From: a virus
Direction: 5' to 3' (one strand)
DNA: 64,000 bases
Virus record (IMG/VR): IMGVR_UViG_3300009193_000002
Shown here: one piece after another, positions 1 to 9,311 of the stretch
Layout: every line of letters begins with the position of its first letter
How positions within the stretch are numbered: the first letter of the stretch is position 1
Translations under genes and position numbers: made by a program
The notes under the pieces: generated by a model
What the model was told of the DNA's origin: nothing
Database searches by the model: none
The model's input: only the letters and a program-made list of their open reading frames with translations

Positions 1-1
1 A

Positions 2-220
2 GTAAAAGAGCAAATAGGTTTCACCCCAGCAATGGTCAAGAACTTTATTGGTAGTCGTGACCTGCTGAAGAAGTACTGGGACATTGTTGGGTTCCTTTGG
101 ATTGACGGTGCCAAGCTAAGCCAAGCAATGAAGCTGGGTGACGGCAATATGGCAGCGGCTCAAAAAATACTAGATGTCTTAGCCATCGACAAAGATATTC
201 CGAGTATGGCCACCGCTTAG
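2..220 (+). CDS. hypothetical protein, probably 5'-partial at the window edge
   Basis: The reading frame is open from nt 2 and the first ATG is at 32. A GC hairpin follows at 228-241. Confidence 0.4.
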   Translation, partial: VKEQIGFTPAMVKNFIGSRDLLKKYWDIVGFLWIDGAKLSQAMKLGDGNMAAAQKILDVLAIDKDIPSMATA

Positions 221-227
221 TATTTAC

Positions 228-241
228 GCCCCTTCGGGGGC
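228..241 (+). terminator. GC stem-loop GCCCC-ttcg-GGGGC upstream of the polymerase RBS block
   Basis: 5-bp G/C stem with a TTCG loop. The same hairpin-then-RBS layout is seen at many other gene junctions. Confidence 0.5.
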
Positions 242-258
242 AATCTTTGGAGTTGACG

Positions 259-3126
259 ATGATTAGTAGAATTAACCCCCTCACGGGGATTGTTGAGCAA
301 CTGATCGACATGCGTAATATTAACATGTTGAGCGAGTTGATTGACCGAATTGAGTTTACCGAAAACGCAGTTGTTGGTTTAGATATTGAAACCCACGATG
401 CGGATAGACATGACGGTTTGAACCAATTCATGGAAATGAATCCAAAGTCAAAAGTATTTAAGAAACCTAGAAAGCTCGTGTTCGATACAAACCGAACTAC
501 CCTCTGCGGTGGTTCTATTTATCTCCGAGGAGATGAAACCGTTTATTATATCAATGTTGCTCATGCTGACGTTGAGAACAGAATCCCAAAAGAAATTTTT
601 GCTGAGTTTGTAAAGAAGGTTCGAGATAACAGCCTACTTATCATTCACAATTATCAATTCGAATTCGTCATGCTTATGAAGACAGTCGGCGTTGATATCG
701 GCAAGAACTATGTAGATACCATGCAACTGGCCGTTTCAGCTTATAACTCTGACGAGTACGACAAGGAGCGGTTCAAGAAAGCAGACCTTGGTGGCATGAA
801 AGCTGTCCTTCCTATCATCAAAAAGACCTTTGCCGGATACGTCACAGGAAAGCCTCTGACGACCGAACAGGTTCAAGTCATGAATATGGTCATCGGTAAG
901 CAATCTATCGCAGCACACAGCTATAACGGCTACGTTAGAAGCCTTCGCTACGGTTACGGCCTTAAAGAGATGAGTGAAAAAATATTCGGATATGAGCAGA
1001 CCACGTTCAAAGACGCATTGTTAGGCCGTGCTCATATGGGACAGGTTACCGGTGAAGAAATTCTCCATTACGGTGCGGATGATGCTTACTGGTGTGTACG
1101 TTGCTTTGATTGGCTTATGCAGTTCGTTCAGAATACTAACCCTCAGTTGTTAAACACGTTCTTCACTCAAGAAAATCCAATGGTTAGGATCTTCGGCAAA
1201 AGTTGGATAAAGGGCTGGAGAGTTAATCTTGAGAATATCGAGAAGCGTAATATTTCAGAAAGAAAAATGTATGCTCAGGAGTTATTGAACTTAAGCAATG
1301 CGATTGCTGAAATAAGTTTCATGAGTGCGCCTTCAGCGAGACTAAGCCAGAAGAACCCTAAGTGGTACCTAGGAAAGACGAACGACAAGTACCAAATTTA
1401 CCGAAACAAAATTCAGTTCCTCCTCGATGGCGTTGACGATATCTGCAGCTACTTTGATTTAGAGCATATAAGCTCAGATGACTTAGAGAATGAAGAAATT
1501 GCGTTTGAACTTTGTCAGTTGACTTCAGGGTCGGTGAGCAAAGCTTGGCTATATGAGCAAGATGTTAAATTAAAGAAAGCTGAGCTGGACAAACGAGGTA
1601 ATTATACTCACTACATGGTTATGCGTACCTTGCTACACGACCTTTGTATGTTGCCTTTCGTTTACATCAAAGGGGAAATAAAAAGTGATGGTGAAGCACG
1701 CGGTACGATGCTTGAGACGGCAGATAGATTAAAGAACGAGCCAGAGCTTTGGCTAAAAGAGTGGAACCGGTACGGAGAGCATACCAATCTACCGGAAGAG
1801 ATGCGTTTAAATCTTGCCAAAGGCATTGCTGCAGCCTACCCGACTGAGACGGTAAAAAGGATCATCACTTCGTTAAATCGAATTGCTGAGATTGAGCAGC
1901 GGATTAAGTTATTTGTAACCTCGTATCGACAGCTGACTGACCCACAGACAGAAAGAATGTATCCGGTTATCAGCTCACTATTGAACACCAGACGAATGGC
2001 GGCTGAGAATCCCAACACAATGCAGCTCTCTAAGCAGGGGGACTCAACCTACGTTCGAGGTTTCTTCTTACCCGAGAACGATGAGCACTTGTTGGTTGCC
2101 ATCGATTGGTCTCAGGTAGAGCTAGTGTTGATTGGTGAGGAGTCTTTAGACCCAGCATTTAAAAAAGCTTATGGTCAGATCCCCTATGAGGATTTGCACT
2201 TAGGAGCGGCAGCTGCAGCGTTGAAAGTGTTTTACCCTGAGTTCACTGAAGAGAATTTGCTTTCGATTAAATCAGGAAGCGAGGAGGATATCTTTGAGCT
2301 TCGTGAGCATTTCCCTAAGGTCTTTATTGATCCGGTTAAGAAAAACCACTTGGAAAATTATCAGGTCTTAAAATTTTGGCGTGGTACTGCCGGTAAGCCT
2401 TCAAACTTCGGCTACTGGTATTCAGGTTCATTGATGACGGTTCAGGAGAAGCTGGGCTGGACAAGCGATGAGATGTGGGAAGGTACCGACAATTACCGGT
2501 TAACTTTCCGAGGGGCTGAGATTTGGCGCAAGGGTGTTATCGAAGAGGTGGGTTACAACGGGTTTGTAAATATCTTTGATGGCCACCGCCGCGTTAGATA
2601 CGAAGCAACCAACGAATGGTTTTTTGAGTTTACGAATAAATGGAGCGCATATAACGACAGCGGCCTTGCTCAGTTCGGCTACATGATAGCTAAAAAGATA
2701 CAACGTAGAGCTGGCAATCAAAGCGTAAACGCAAAGATACAAGGAGGGTGTGCAACCCTAGCCAAACGCTCTATTATCCGCTTAGACGAGATATTAGAGA
2801 CCGGTAAATGGGATGCTAACTTTATTATGCCTATCCATGATGAATTGATATTCAGTGTTCATCATACTCAGGCAGTTGAGTTCTCAAAAATTATTCTAAA
2901 AACGATGTGTGATCATCCTGATTTAGTCTCAGAATTAAAACTGGATGGTACAATATCGATTGGTAAAACCTTGGAGCCCTATCACCCTGTGAAAGCGCCC
3001 TTTGGTCAAATAGAGTTAGACGAAGCTCCACATTTGGAGGGTTATATTCCTGAGAGCCTCGCTGACACAAAGCTAGACGACGCTCACAGACAAAGAGTTG
3101 TCGATTATTTAATGAATAAGGATTGA
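259..3126 (+). CDS. family A DNA polymerase with 3'-5' exonuclease domain
   Basis: Exo motifs LDIETHD and YGADDAYW. Pol motif A DWSQVELVL, motif B RGTAGKPSNFGYWYSG, motif C PIHDELIF. The start is the ATG of GGAGTTGACGATG. Confidence 0.9.
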   Translation: MISRINPLTGIVEQLIDMRNINMLSELIDRIEFTENAVVGLDIETHDADRHDGLNQFMEMNPKSKVFKKPRKLVFDTNRTTLCGGSIYLRGDETVYYINVAHADVENRIPKEIFAEFVKKVRDNSLLIIHNYQFEFVMLMKTVGVDIGKNYVDTMQLAVSAYNSDEYDKERFKKADLGGMKAVLPIIKKTFAGYVTGKPLTTEQVQVMNMVIGKQSIAAHSYNGYVRSLRYGYGLKEMSEKIFGYEQTTFKDALLGRAHMGQVTGEEILHYGADDAYWCVRCFDWLMQFVQNTNPQLLNTFFTQENPMVRIFGKSWIKGWRVNLENIEKRNISERKMYAQELLNLSNAIAEISFMSAPSARLSQKNPKWYLGKTNDKYQIYRNKIQFLLDGVDDICSYFDLEHISSDDLENEEIAFELCQLTSGSVSKAWLYEQDVKLKKAELDKRGNYTHYMVMRTLLHDLCMLPFVYIKGEIKSDGEARGTMLETADRLKNEPELWLKEWNRYGEHTNLPEEMRLNLAKGIAAAYPTETVKRIITSLNRIAEIEQRIKLFVTSYRQLTDPQTERMYPVISSLLNTRRMAAENPNTMQLSKQGDSTYVRGFFLPENDEHLLVAIDWSQVELVLIGEESLDPAFKKAYGQIPYEDLHLGAAAAALKVFYPEFTEENLLSIKSGSEEDIFELREHFPKVFIDPVKKNHLENYQVLKFWRGTAGKPSNFGYWYSGSLMTVQEKLGWTSDEMWEGTDNYRLTFRGAEIWRKGVIEEVGYNGFVNIFDGHRRVRYEATNEWFFEFTNKWSAYNDSGLAQFGYMIAKKIQRRAGNQSVNAKIQGGCATLAKRSIIRLDEILETGKWDANFIMPIHDELIFSVHHTQAVEFSKIILKTMCDHPDLVSELKLDGTISIGKTLEPYHPVKAPFGQIELDEAPHLEGYIPESLADTKLDDAHRQRVVDYLMNKD

Positions 3127-3128
3127 CG

Positions 3129-3359
3129 ATGATTGCAGAAGATTACCCAAAAGGATTACTAAATCAAATTCCTGAGTTAGAATGGTGTTGTGGTTCACTT
3201 GTTGATAAACCGAAGTTAGTGAGCCAAGTGCGCGATTTAATTAACTATAATAAGGCATTGGAAAGAGCGGTTATGGAAATTAACCCTAAGCACCCTGCCC
3301 TCAGGAATATTAACAATGAACTCGGTGAACAACGTGATAAAAATTCCCCAACCTTTTGA
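3129..3359 (+). CDS. hypothetical small protein
   Basis: The start is the ATG of AAGGATTGACGATG, which overlaps the polymerase stop. No recognisable motif. Confidence 0.5.
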   Translation: MIAEDYPKGLLNQIPELEWCCGSLVDKPKLVSQVRDLINYNKALERAVMEINPKHPALRNINNELGEQRDKNSPTF

Positions 3360-3924
3360 ATACTTGCTAGACAAGGAATTCGTCGTTTTTGATACAGAGA
3401 CCACGGGACTTGGCCCAACGGCTGAGATATGTGAAATCTGTATGATGGATGGCCACACTGGAAAGCTACTCTTAAACACACTGGTTAAGCCGGTGAACCC
3501 AATTCAAGAAGGAGCCATGCGTATCCATGGCATCACTGAAGAAATGGTCGAGAATGCTCCGACATGGGACATCATAAGCCAAGCGGTTCGCTATGTTGCT
3601 CAGGGTAAAATAGGCGTTGCCTATAATGCTCAGTTTGATATCAACATGTTGATACAAAGCAGCAATGCTAGAGGTGAGATTGTCGACCCGCTGTTTAACT
3701 TCGATGGTTACTTTTGTGCGATGCAAGAGTATTCAAAGAGAGCTAAGCTCTACGACATCATGCGGAACTCGGCGAAGTGGATAAAGCTTGTGGTAGCTTG
3801 CGAGATGGAGAAAATTGAAGTCCCTTCAAACACACACAGAGCCCATACTGATACCTACTTAACTCGGGAGTTAATTGCAAAAATACTGGAGGAAATAAGA
3901 GATGAAAATCGAAAGTTTGCTTGA
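3316..3924 (+). CDS. DnaQ/epsilon-like DEDDh 3'-5' exonuclease
   Basis: VVFDTETTGL (Exo I), AYNAQFDINML (Exo II), HRAHTDTYL (Exo III, H-x4-D). AGGAA lies 9 nt before the ATG. Confidence 0.85.
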   Translation: MNSVNNVIKIPQPFEYLLDKEFVVFDTETTGLGPTAEICEICMMDGHTGKLLLNTLVKPVNPIQEGAMRIHGITEEMVENAPTWDIISQAVRYVAQGKIGVAYNAQFDINMLIQSSNARGEIVDPLFNFDGYFCAMQEYSKRAKLYDIMRNSAKWIKLVVACEMEKIEVPSNTHRAHTDTYLTRELIAKILEEIRDENRKFA

Positions 3925-4099
3925 GGAATATGCCTTGTATTACGGATTAGCGATCATCGTGCTGGGATTTGTCTCAGCATGGTGGGATATCCGACAGGCA
4001 AGAAAGAAGAACGCTGAGGCTGAGGCTTTACAAGCTCAGCCAAAGAAAAACGATAACGATGTAATTGCCGACAGGCTTAATAACGGGTATCCGCTTTAG
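3902..4099 (+). CDS. small single-pass membrane protein
   Basis: Hydrophobic helix YYGLAIIVLGFVSAWW followed by a charged tail. GGAGGAAA RBS. Confidence 0.5.
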   Translation: MKIESLLEEYALYYGLAIIVLGFVSAWWDIRQARKKNAEAEALQAQPKKNDNDVIADRLNNGYPL

Positions 4100-4127
4100 G
4101 AACTCACAAACAACTAGGAAATTGACG

Positions 4128-4712
4128 ATGTATAAAGTTTTAAATGGTGACAAATTCTCTAAGCTTTGGATGGATATTATTGAGTTTAGAGGAGCCTTTG
4201 GTTTACCTTGCAACCAACCCAACAACGATAACACCGAGCTTCACATTGAATTATTGCGCGAAGAGCTGATAGAAGGATTCTCATCCACCGAGAGAGCTTT
4301 GCAGATAGACGGCATTATTGATAGTGCGTATGTAGTCATGGGGTACTTTGTAGAAAATTCGCTAACTTACGAAACATTAAAAATGCAACACCCTTATCTG
4401 CTGGGGCTTTTAGACACATTCCTCTGTGCTGCCGAGAATTTAAAATTTAACTTTTTCGACGCATGGGGTATTGTACACAGAAGCAATCTTTCAAAAATAT
4501 GTACCCTAGCCAACGTTGGATTAACACTAGACTTCTATCGAGAGCTAGGTATTTCAGCCGCTGCCGACCCTGTTCATTCGGAGCACACCGTGGGTGAAGC
4601 GTTATTTATTGTGAAAGTGAAAGAAACGACTGTGTTGGGTGATAAAACCTTCCCAAGCGGCAAGGTTCTGAAATGTATTGAATACATGGAGGCAGACCTA
4701 AGTCGACTATAA
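4128..4712 (+). CDS. MazG-like all-alpha NTP pyrophosphohydrolase
   Basis: Acidic helices ELLREELIEG and DGIIDSAYV plus VHRSNLSK, as in phage MazG-like pyrophosphatases. The start is the ATG of AGGAAATTGACGATG. Confidence 0.55.
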   Translation: MYKVLNGDKFSKLWMDIIEFRGAFGLPCNQPNNDNTELHIELLREELIEGFSSTERALQIDGIIDSAYVVMGYFVENSLTYETLKMQHPYLLGLLDTFLCAAENLKFNFFDAWGIVHRSNLSKICTLANVGLTLDFYRELGISAAADPVHSEHTVGEALFIVKVKETTVLGDKTFPSGKVLKCIEYMEADLSRL

Positions 4713-4724
4713 GGTAAATGATTA

Positions 4725-4743
4725 GGGGGGAGAGCTCCCCCCC
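4725..4743 (+). terminator. GC stem-loop G6-agagct-C7 between the MazG-like and primase genes
   Basis: Run of 6 G pairing with a run of C. The RBS block follows at 4758-4772. Confidence 0.5.
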
Positions 4744-4769
4744 TTCTCTTAACAATTTGGAAAATGACG

Positions 4770-7700
4770 ATGATTAAAACTAATAATAAGGGTGCCCCGC
4801 TTACCGTATTTAAAACCGGTAGTGGTGTGCTTACAAAGACGCTTACCCGTGTTCACGGCGAGATCAAATCAGAAGCGCCTAAGATGTTCTCCGGCATTGC
4901 CAACACCGTCAATCTATCACTAAAAGAATTACCCAACTTCATCAACGGACTAGAATCAGATGAGTGTTTTTCACTTGGTGTTTTCGAAGGGTATCAAGAC
5001 AAAAAAATTGAAGTGTTGTCTGTAAATGAATTTGAAAACAGGGGCTATCAGTACCCTGTTCACGTTGACGACTCAGGAACCTATGGGACTCGCTCAGGTA
5101 AGTCGATGAAGCAATCGCACCGTGGTTTCATCATGATGGATTACGATGTCGATGAGCAAGAAAAGAACCCAATAAACTGCCCGTTAGAGTTTATTCGTTT
5201 ACTCAACAAAGCAGTGCCTGAATTAGAACTAGCCGACACCTCTTTCGTTAGAACATTCTCGACCTCAGGTGGTTTATATCTGAAGAGTTCAGGGGAATGT
5301 ATTGCCGAGCCTAGAGGCTTCCATATTTATTTCCAAGTAAAAGATGCACGCGATATTAAACGCTTCTCGGATGCGTTAGAAAAGCGTTGCTGGCTTGCAG
5401 GGCTGGGTCATATAAAGTTATCAAGAAACGGAAGCAAGATGCTACGCGTTCCTTTTGATACCTCAGTATTCCAACCGGAAAGATTGTGTTTCGAAGCGGG
5501 GGCATTCATCCCTGAGAACGAGGACTTTTATCAAAAGCGTCCGATGCCTGAGTATTACGGCAAGGCCCACGAAGTTCTGGATACAAAGAAGCTATCAACG
5601 GTTGACGACCAGCGCCTCCGTGAGCTTAAAGAAGTTCAAAACGATGCCAAGACTTGCCCTAAGCTTTTAAACCGCTTAGAGAAGCTGAGAGAGATTAATA
5701 TAAAGCGTATTGTGCATGAGAGGCACTATACCAAAGACAGGATTGATGAAGAGACAGCGCGTAAGATTGTTTTAGGACGTGAGAGCTTCATCCTTCATCC
5801 AAGTGATCACTTAGAGTTTGAAGATGGTAGAGTCGCCACGGTTATGTACGCAGCGTTAAACCCGTTAGAGTTTGACAAAGCGTCTTGTGTAGACCCCTTC
5901 AGACCGGAGAAAGGCGCATCTAAGGCTAAGTTTTATGCCAACTTCGATAAGTGGGGTAACACTAACCCAGTGATTAACTCTTTCGTTGAAGGTGGTCGCC
6001 AATTCGTTTTAAGAAAGTCGATATCACATCATCAAGAAAAACCGCCAGCTGCACCGTCAAGCTTAGGTCACTTGTTTGAAAAGCCGTACATACTTGAACA
6101 GCAATACTTACCAGAGATTACGTTGCGCTCGGGTTACACCTTTGTGAAGTCGAGTAAAGGAACCGGTAAAACTTATTCGTTGGCCAAGCAAATCAAGGCT
6201 ACGGAGGGCAGAGTATTGTCAATCAGCCACCTTATTTCACTGGCTAAGACAACGGCTAAAGTCTTCAATCTTGAGGATTACAATGAGGTTGAAGGTAGAA
6301 ACTTGAGAATGTGCCCTCGCCTTTCAATATGTTTGCCTAGCTTAAGACGAATCGAAGGCACGCAATATAACATCATAATTATTGATGAAGCGTGTCAGTT
6401 ACTTAGAGCGTTAAAGTCGCCGGTTGTTGAGTTCCCAGCGGCGACAGTAAGAACATTGAGAAACCTTTGCCAGATGGCCAACAAAGTTGTTTTGATGGAT
6501 GCAGATTTAAACGAGGAGATGATTGAACTAATGTACAACCCGAAGTTTGGGATCCTCGATAAAGAAAAAGCAATGCACCTTGTAGAGAATAATTTTAAAC
6601 CGGCAAAAGAGAAAGGCAGCGGGATTGAGCTTTACAAGAACAATGATGAAAAAGCAGACGTCAACGCCTTCACGAATAAGCTACTTGAAGTGGTTTACGA
6701 GCAAGGCCAAGGTACCTTCTATGCGAGTAACACGCGTAAGGATGTGCTTAAGAAAGCCAGTTTGTTGATAAAGAAATTTGGGGGTGACCCGATTATTGCT
6801 GAAGAGCATTTCATCACTGAGGTTGCCGGTCGCCGTATCATTACGATAACCAGCCACAATTCTCAGAATGAAGAAGTGCAAACGTTTGTAAAGGCTATCA
6901 ACACTGAGTTGAGACACGATGACATTTTATTAAGTTCACCCTCGATGGGGACAGGCCACTCGATTGATGCTACGGACGGACAAAGTTTCTTTGCTGAAAC
7001 TTTTGGCTACTTCAGCAAACGCTCGGGTAACTTACCCTCGGATTGTGCTCAGCATATGTCCCGAGTAAGAGAATGCACAAAGATTCACTTGTGCATTCAG
7101 GACAACGTTCAGCAATATCCGACAACGCCTATTGAGATTTTAGCTCGGGACATCAACGGTAAAAAGATGACCTTAGATAATCAGATGCATTTCTCGAACG
7201 TGGCGGAATACGACCTTGTAACAAAGTCGATTACTTATAACGACTTTGGTTGGAACAGCTGGTACGTGGCCCTTACGGTTATTGAGAACAATAACAAAAA
7301 TGAATTTGGTGAAAACTTGCTAACGCAGCTTGAGAACGAAGGTTACACGATTAACAAATTGTATGACCTCGACACAGGTACCGGTAGATTTGCCAATAAA
7401 CAAATTCGCCAGTTAGCGGAAGAGCTTACTCGAAAAGAACGTGAGGAGATGGTGGCCACGCCTTTGATTGATGATGAGGAATATCATTTATTGAATATTG
7501 GTGTGAACCTAAGTGCGGATGAGACCAGACGGGTAACTAAGAAGCGTCTTGCCCATACCTTTGGCTTTGAGGAAGACGGTGAAGAGTTTGCCGATTTGTT
7601 ATTGTCCTCGACTCAAAGAATTGCTGCGAGAAGAAAGTCTTTGATCCTAGGAGCAGACATTAATCATCTTAGATTTACCGATGCTTTGAACCGAATAGAT

Positions 7701-8276
7701 GACCTTCGAGCGGACAAGGATAAAACGGCCTATGCCGAACACTACACGATGCTAAAGGACTTCTTAGCTGAGTTAGGGGTTATTATTCTAAACGGCCAGC
7801 TGAGCTATGACGGGCGCGACATCGATGAGAAGGTACAAAAGAACGCGTTTAGGGCGTTAGGCATATGCCAGCGTGAAATGGATTACTTGCACCATATGAA
7901 GGTACCGAGCACACAAGACCCTGAAGAAAAGAAACAATTTATATCTAAGGTCTTGGGCTCGATTGGTCTTAAGTTTGAAAGAAAGCGTAGCAGAGTGAAT
8001 GGTATGAGAGTAACCTCTCATAAATTATGCGAGGTCAGACTTATTGAATTGAATACAGACCTCCGCCGAGCTAGGGCAGCATCGACCTCAGGCATGTATA
8101 ACCAACGGGAAGAAATACCCGTGGCTATTGAGAGCTATTACTATCATCGGTTAGCTGGAAATGCGAAGGCAGCTGCAATGCACGCCTTTGTTGAGAGAAT
8201 GCCTTACGAATATCAACGTGATTTATTTGAGGGCTTAGAGTTAAGACAGCGACTAAGTATGAAAATGAGAGCCTGA
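4770..8276 (+). CDS. AEP primase-polymerase fused to a P-loop helicase/NTPase
   Basis: N-terminal IMMDYDVD (DxD), SGGLY..RGFHIYFQV (sGxGxH) and VPFDTS. C-terminal Walker A SSKGTGKTYS and Walker B IIIIDEACQ. Confidence 0.75.
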   Translation: MIKTNNKGAPLTVFKTGSGVLTKTLTRVHGEIKSEAPKMFSGIANTVNLSLKELPNFINGLESDECFSLGVFEGYQDKKIEVLSVNEFENRGYQYPVHVDDSGTYGTRSGKSMKQSHRGFIMMDYDVDEQEKNPINCPLEFIRLLNKAVPELELADTSFVRTFSTSGGLYLKSSGECIAEPRGFHIYFQVKDARDIKRFSDALEKRCWLAGLGHIKLSRNGSKMLRVPFDTSVFQPERLCFEAGAFIPENEDFYQKRPMPEYYGKAHEVLDTKKLSTVDDQRLRELKEVQNDAKTCPKLLNRLEKLREINIKRIVHERHYTKDRIDEETARKIVLGRESFILHPSDHLEFEDGRVATVMYAALNPLEFDKASCVDPFRPEKGASKAKFYANFDKWGNTNPVINSFVEGGRQFVLRKSISHHQEKPPAAPSSLGHLFEKPYILEQQYLPEITLRSGYTFVKSSKGTGKTYSLAKQIKATEGRVLSISHLISLAKTTAKVFNLEDYNEVEGRNLRMCPRLSICLPSLRRIEGTQYNIIIIDEACQLLRALKSPVVEFPAATVRTLRNLCQMANKVVLMDADLNEEMIELMYNPKFGILDKEKAMHLVENNFKPAKEKGSGIELYKNNDEKADVNAFTNKLLEVVYEQGQGTFYASNTRKDVLKKASLLIKKFGGDPIIAEEHFITEVAGRRIITITSHNSQNEEVQTFVKAINTELRHDDILLSSPSMGTGHSIDATDGQSFFAETFGYFSKRSGNLPSDCAQHMSRVRECTKIHLCIQDNVQQYPTTPIEILARDINGKKMTLDNQMHFSNVAEYDLVTKSITYNDFGWNSWYVALTVIENNNKNEFGENLLTQLENEGYTINKLYDLDTGTGRFANKQIRQLAEELTRKEREEMVATPLIDDEEYHLLNIGVNLSADETRRVTKKRLAHTFGFEEDGEEFADLLLSSTQRIAARRKSLILGADINHLRFTDALNRIDDLRADKDKTAYAEHYTMLKDFLAELGVIILNGQLSYDGRDIDEKVQKNAFRALGICQREMDYLHHMKVPSTQDPEEKKQFISKVLGSIGLKFERKRSRVNGMRVTSHKLCEVRLIELNTDLRRARAASTSGMYNQREEIPVAIESYYYHRLAGNAKAAAMHAFVERMPYEYQRDLFEGLELRQRLSMKMRA

Positions 8277-8337
8277 GGGCTTTCATTCTAAAAATAAATA
8301 ATTATAATAAAAAATAATAAATAATTCGGGAAAAATT

Positions 8338-8826
8338 ATGACGGAAATTGACGAGGATAAGATTTACTTATCGGCGGGGGTTTATCATTACCCTCACAAA
8401 AAGAGACTCCACTTCAAATCAGACCATTACAGATGGATTTGGGTCTCACGCTACTTAAGAGAGAACGAATACAAGTTCAAACGAGACAAACCGTTTGCAA
8501 CAAAGATTTATCTTCAGATAAGAAATGTTATCTCCCCTAAAATAATCAGCTCCAAAGACCTTTATGCTGCCATTGGTTTTTACACGACCTCAATTAACTA
8601 TTTGAAGTCGATTAAGGCTGGGGATAATCGTTGGAACCTATACGGTCGCCCTGACGGTAAAGTTACTGAGAAGGAGGCTGCCTATGCCCGAGACAAGATG
8701 GTTAAAGTGCATTCAGGGTATTTAATGGATCTTAGAAAGTCCCGAAAAAAGAACAACCGAATAGTTGTGAATAATGGGGCTAGAAATCAAATACCAAACA
8801 GGGGTAAACTAGCAGTTAAGAAGTAG
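8338..8826 (+). CDS. ProQ/FinO-domain RNA-binding protein
   Basis: KPFATKIYLQI..SSKDLYAAIGFYTTSINYLKSIKAGDNRWNLYGRPDGKVTEKEAAYARDK aligns by eye with E. coli ProQ [61 protein letters not shown]. Confidence 0.7.
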   Translation: MTEIDEDKIYLSAGVYHYPHKKRLHFKSDHYRWIWVSRYLRENEYKFKRDKPFATKIYLQIRNVISPKIISSKDLYAAIGFYTTSINYLKSIKAGDNRWNLYGRPDGKVTEKEAAYARDKMVKVHSGYLMDLRKSRKKNNRIVVNNGARNQIPNRGKLAVKK

Positions 8827-8849
8827 ACCCCACAATTAGGAAATTGACG

Positions 8850-9290
8850 ATGGCACGACCTGAAAAGACCTTTAACACAGGCAAAGACTCAGAACTCATT
8901 TTTGAAGACCGTATGACTGAACGAAATGCTTTTGTCTATCGATTCGAAGACTACGCCGATATTAATTATAAAGGCGGCAGTAACAGCCCAAACAAAGCGG
9001 TAGATGCTAAGCCTTCAGATTATATTGTGAGTCTTAGTGGTAGCTTATTCTTTGCCGAGGTAAAGAGTGTGGCCACCAAGAGAAGCTTCCCCTTCTCAAG
9101 TATCACCAAAGAACAATGGAGGACAGCATTTAAAGTAGTCCAAACAGGAGGATTATATTTCTTCTTTATTCATTTTAGAGAACTAGACGAATGGTTTATG
9201 GTTCCGGCAAAAGAAATCATTAGGCATGAAAAACGCTCAATGAATCAGCCCGACTTAGTACCCTTCAGAATAAATAACGATTTTACATAA
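8850..9290 (+). CDS. PD-(D/E)xK nuclease, RecU-like Holliday junction resolvase candidate
   Basis: PSDYIVSL...FFAEVKS (D...E-x-K) with a following Q-containing helix and a GG..FF.I strand, the RecU-like order. Motif ATG. Confidence 0.5.
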   Translation: MARPEKTFNTGKDSELIFEDRMTERNAFVYRFEDYADINYKGGSNSPNKAVDAKPSDYIVSLSGSLFFAEVKSVATKRSFPFSSITKEQWRTAFKVVQTGGLYFFFIHFRELDEWFMVPAKEIIRHEKRSMNQPDLVPFRINNDFT

Positions 9291-9311
9291 AAACACCACA
9301 GGAAATTGACG

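Noticed and set aside
45-431. 128-aa minus-strand ORF across the left end, plus many other internal alternative-frame or antisense ORFs. Examples are 11437-11901, 26284-26721, 31431-31742, 34102-34773, 44254-44625, 49188-49562 and 62746-63036.
   Set aside because: All lie within or antisense to long, motif-supported genes. They lack RBSs and have low-complexity or skewed translations, so they are considered spurious.
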